Source: a phage. From it: DNA of 46,345 nt. The notes beneath the pieces were generated by a model. It ran no database searches, was not told the origin of the DNA, and saw only the letters and a program-made list of their open reading frames with translations. The first letter of the stretch is position 1. Each line of letters begins with the position of its first letter. The translations under genes were made by a program, and so were the position numbers. This document shows positions 45,139-46,345 of the stretch, piece by piece. The stretch lies in the sequence record LC918680.1, one strand, 5' to 3'.

Positions 45139-45214
45139 GTTCTGCTGGCGTAACAGGATAACGCAAAGACCTCCTAAGTCTTAGTTACTGGTTCGAGTCC
45201 AGTGCGGAACACCA
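45139..45214 (+). tRNA. tRNA-Arg (anticodon CCU, reads AGG)
   Basis: Manual cloverleaf: 7-bp acceptor stem (one G-U), 4-bp D-stem with GG in loop, 5-bp anticodon stem with loop CTCCTAA, T-arm ACTGG/TTCGAGT/CCAGT, discriminator A, encoded CCA. Confidence 0.8.
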
Positions 45215-45245
45215 AATTAAGAAACCAATAATCCTGGGGGATTAA

Positions 45246-45458
45246 ATGAAAAAAGTAACAATCATCGTAAAAGATATTGAAAGCGGCACTTCCCAAAAAT
45301 TCAACGCAACACTTGACCGTGAACATAAATGCTTAAAGGGTGTGATTGGCGGGGTTTCAGTTAGCGCGGATATTAAAGGTTATCTCGAGCTTGAAAGAGA
45401 AACTCAAAACTATAGCAATCAGAGCGGGAAGATAAAAAATGCAGCTCTGGGATGTTAA
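45246..45458 (+). CDS. hypothetical protein
   Basis: 70-aa ORF with SD GGGGGA upstream. Confidence 0.45.
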   Translation: MKKVTIIVKDIESGTSQKFNATLDREHKCLKGVIGGVSVSADIKGYLELERETQNYSNQSGKIKNAALGC

Positions 45459-45627
45459 GCTTTCAATCCGATTAATGGGTCGTAGTTGCAAAAGTTGCAC
45501 TCAAGAATTTATCGCGTCGGTTACTGCTAAGTCCTCAGAGGAAGCAGTAGCGAAAGTTAAGGTAATGTCTGGTGCCGACCAGGATTGCCACAAATTCATA
45601 GTAGCTTACGTTCGTGAGCGAAAGTAA
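45439..45627 (+). CDS. hypothetical protein (Cys-containing)
   Basis: 62-aa ORF overlapping upstream gene. Confidence 0.4.
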   Translation: MQLWDVKLSIRLMGRSCKSCTQEFIASVTAKSSEEAVAKVKVMSGADQDCHKFIVAYVRERK

Positions 45628-45680
45628 AAGAAGTTCTACTCTCTGTTTGTTTCATATCTCTCGTTGTTGTTCGATACTTT

Positions 45681-45705
45681 GCCCTCTTCTTGAGGGCTTT
45701 TTTTC
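45681..45705 (+). terminator. intrinsic terminator before terS
   Basis: GCCCTC-TTCTT-GAGGGC + TTTTTTT. Confidence 0.75.
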
Positions 45706-45715
45706 GTTTGCTATA

Positions 45716-45724
45716 TGATATAAT
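45716..45724 (+). promoter_or_regulatory. candidate extended -10 promoter element TGATATAAT upstream of terS
   Basis: Perfect TGnTATAAT 27 nt upstream of terS ATG, right after a terminator; no good -35. Confidence 0.4.
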
Positions 45725-45751
45725 GCATCTCTAAACAAAGGAGGTAACAAA

Positions 45752-46276
45752 ATGAAAGGCGAAAACTTCACCAGCCATGCGCAAGAAAAGATTCGCTCTG
45801 GCAACTTCAAGGCTATGTACAACAAGAAATATTCCGACATTACAACTCTAGCCAAAAACAGAATCATGACCCCAGAACAGTTATTCAACTTGGCTGTGAA
45901 ATACTTCTCATGGGCAGAGGATAATGCAATCAAAGCGGCTGAGACGGCCAGCTTCCAGGGCGTGGTCACTGAGAGCCTTGTGCATAAGCCACGAGTATTC
46001 ACGTTAACAGGGTTCTGCCTTTACTGCGGCGTTACTTCAAGTGCCATTGAGAAATGGAGGAAGTCTGCGGGTTATGACGATGTGATGACATTCATTGATT
46101 CCGTGATTAGAGAGCAGAAGTATCAGCTGGCAGCGTCTGGCATTGTTAACCCTGGCATGATTTCCAAGGAGCTTGGAATCGACAAACCGCAGGAGATCAC
46201 TATAAGCAATAACTCTTCTGCTAACGACGTCGAAACGATGAAGGAAGCTCTGGAGTCTGTGATTAGTAAGCTGTAA
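45752..46276 (+). CDS. terS: terminase small subunit
   Basis: 174-aa ORF after terminator and extended -10, SD AAGGAGG; position immediately upstream of terL if the genome is circularly joined. Confidence 0.6.
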   Translation: MKGENFTSHAQEKIRSGNFKAMYNKKYSDITTLAKNRIMTPEQLFNLAVKYFSWAEDNAIKAAETASFQGVVTESLVHKPRVFTLTGFCLYCGVTSSAIEKWRKSAGYDDVMTFIDSVIREQKYQLAASGIVNPGMISKELGIDKPQEITISNNSSANDVETMKEALESVISKL

Positions 46277-46345
46277 TAACATGGGGTAGATTGGCGTGAT
46301 CAAATTAATGAAGGCGTTATTGGTGTATTACATGATGGCAGCTAC

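Noticed and set aside
44947-45153. 68-aa ORF upstream of and overlapping the tRNA
   Set aside because: Non-ATG start that coincides with a -35-like TTGACA, and it runs into the tRNA acceptor stem; the tRNA and leader interpretation is preferred.

Overview
The window reads as a near-complete genome of a virulent tailed dsDNA phage with T1-like siphovirus organisation (inference from gene content and order; no searches were run). Layout: terL at nt 1, then a + strand head module and a lambda-like tail module (G/GT frameshift, tape measure, M-L-K-I-J) to ~19.8 kb. A Cor-like lipoprotein and a small C5-MTase-like gene lie on the - strand. A + strand recombination module follows (PD-(D/E)xK exonuclease, Erf-like, SSB), then a - strand block (tail fibre, primase, HNH-AP2 endonuclease, HTH protein). 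The + strand replication/metabolism block holds an SF2 helicase, VRR-NUC, metallophosphoesterase, HAD phosphatase and P-loop kinase, followed by a lysis cassette (pinholin-like, SAR endolysin, unimolecular spanin). A - strand cluster with a DUF3987-like ATPase, a run of small + strand early genes, a tRNA-Arg(CCU) and terS complete the window. No integrase or repressor module was seen. Three things stand out. (1) The helicase is broken at its DExH motif by an intein whose LAGLIDADG endonuclease ORF is in a different frame from the flanking splicing domains: either a split intein with a free-standing HEG, or two compensating homopolymer indels. (2) A 15-bp imperfect palindrome TAGCAC-N3-TTGCTA recurs at least 17 times exactly at gene boundaries, usually overlapping the upstream stop codon. 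(3) Two ~0.5-kb paralogous AT-rich control regions sit at the two divergent strand-switch points. Coordinates of features not anchored to an ORF end may be off by 1-2 nt.
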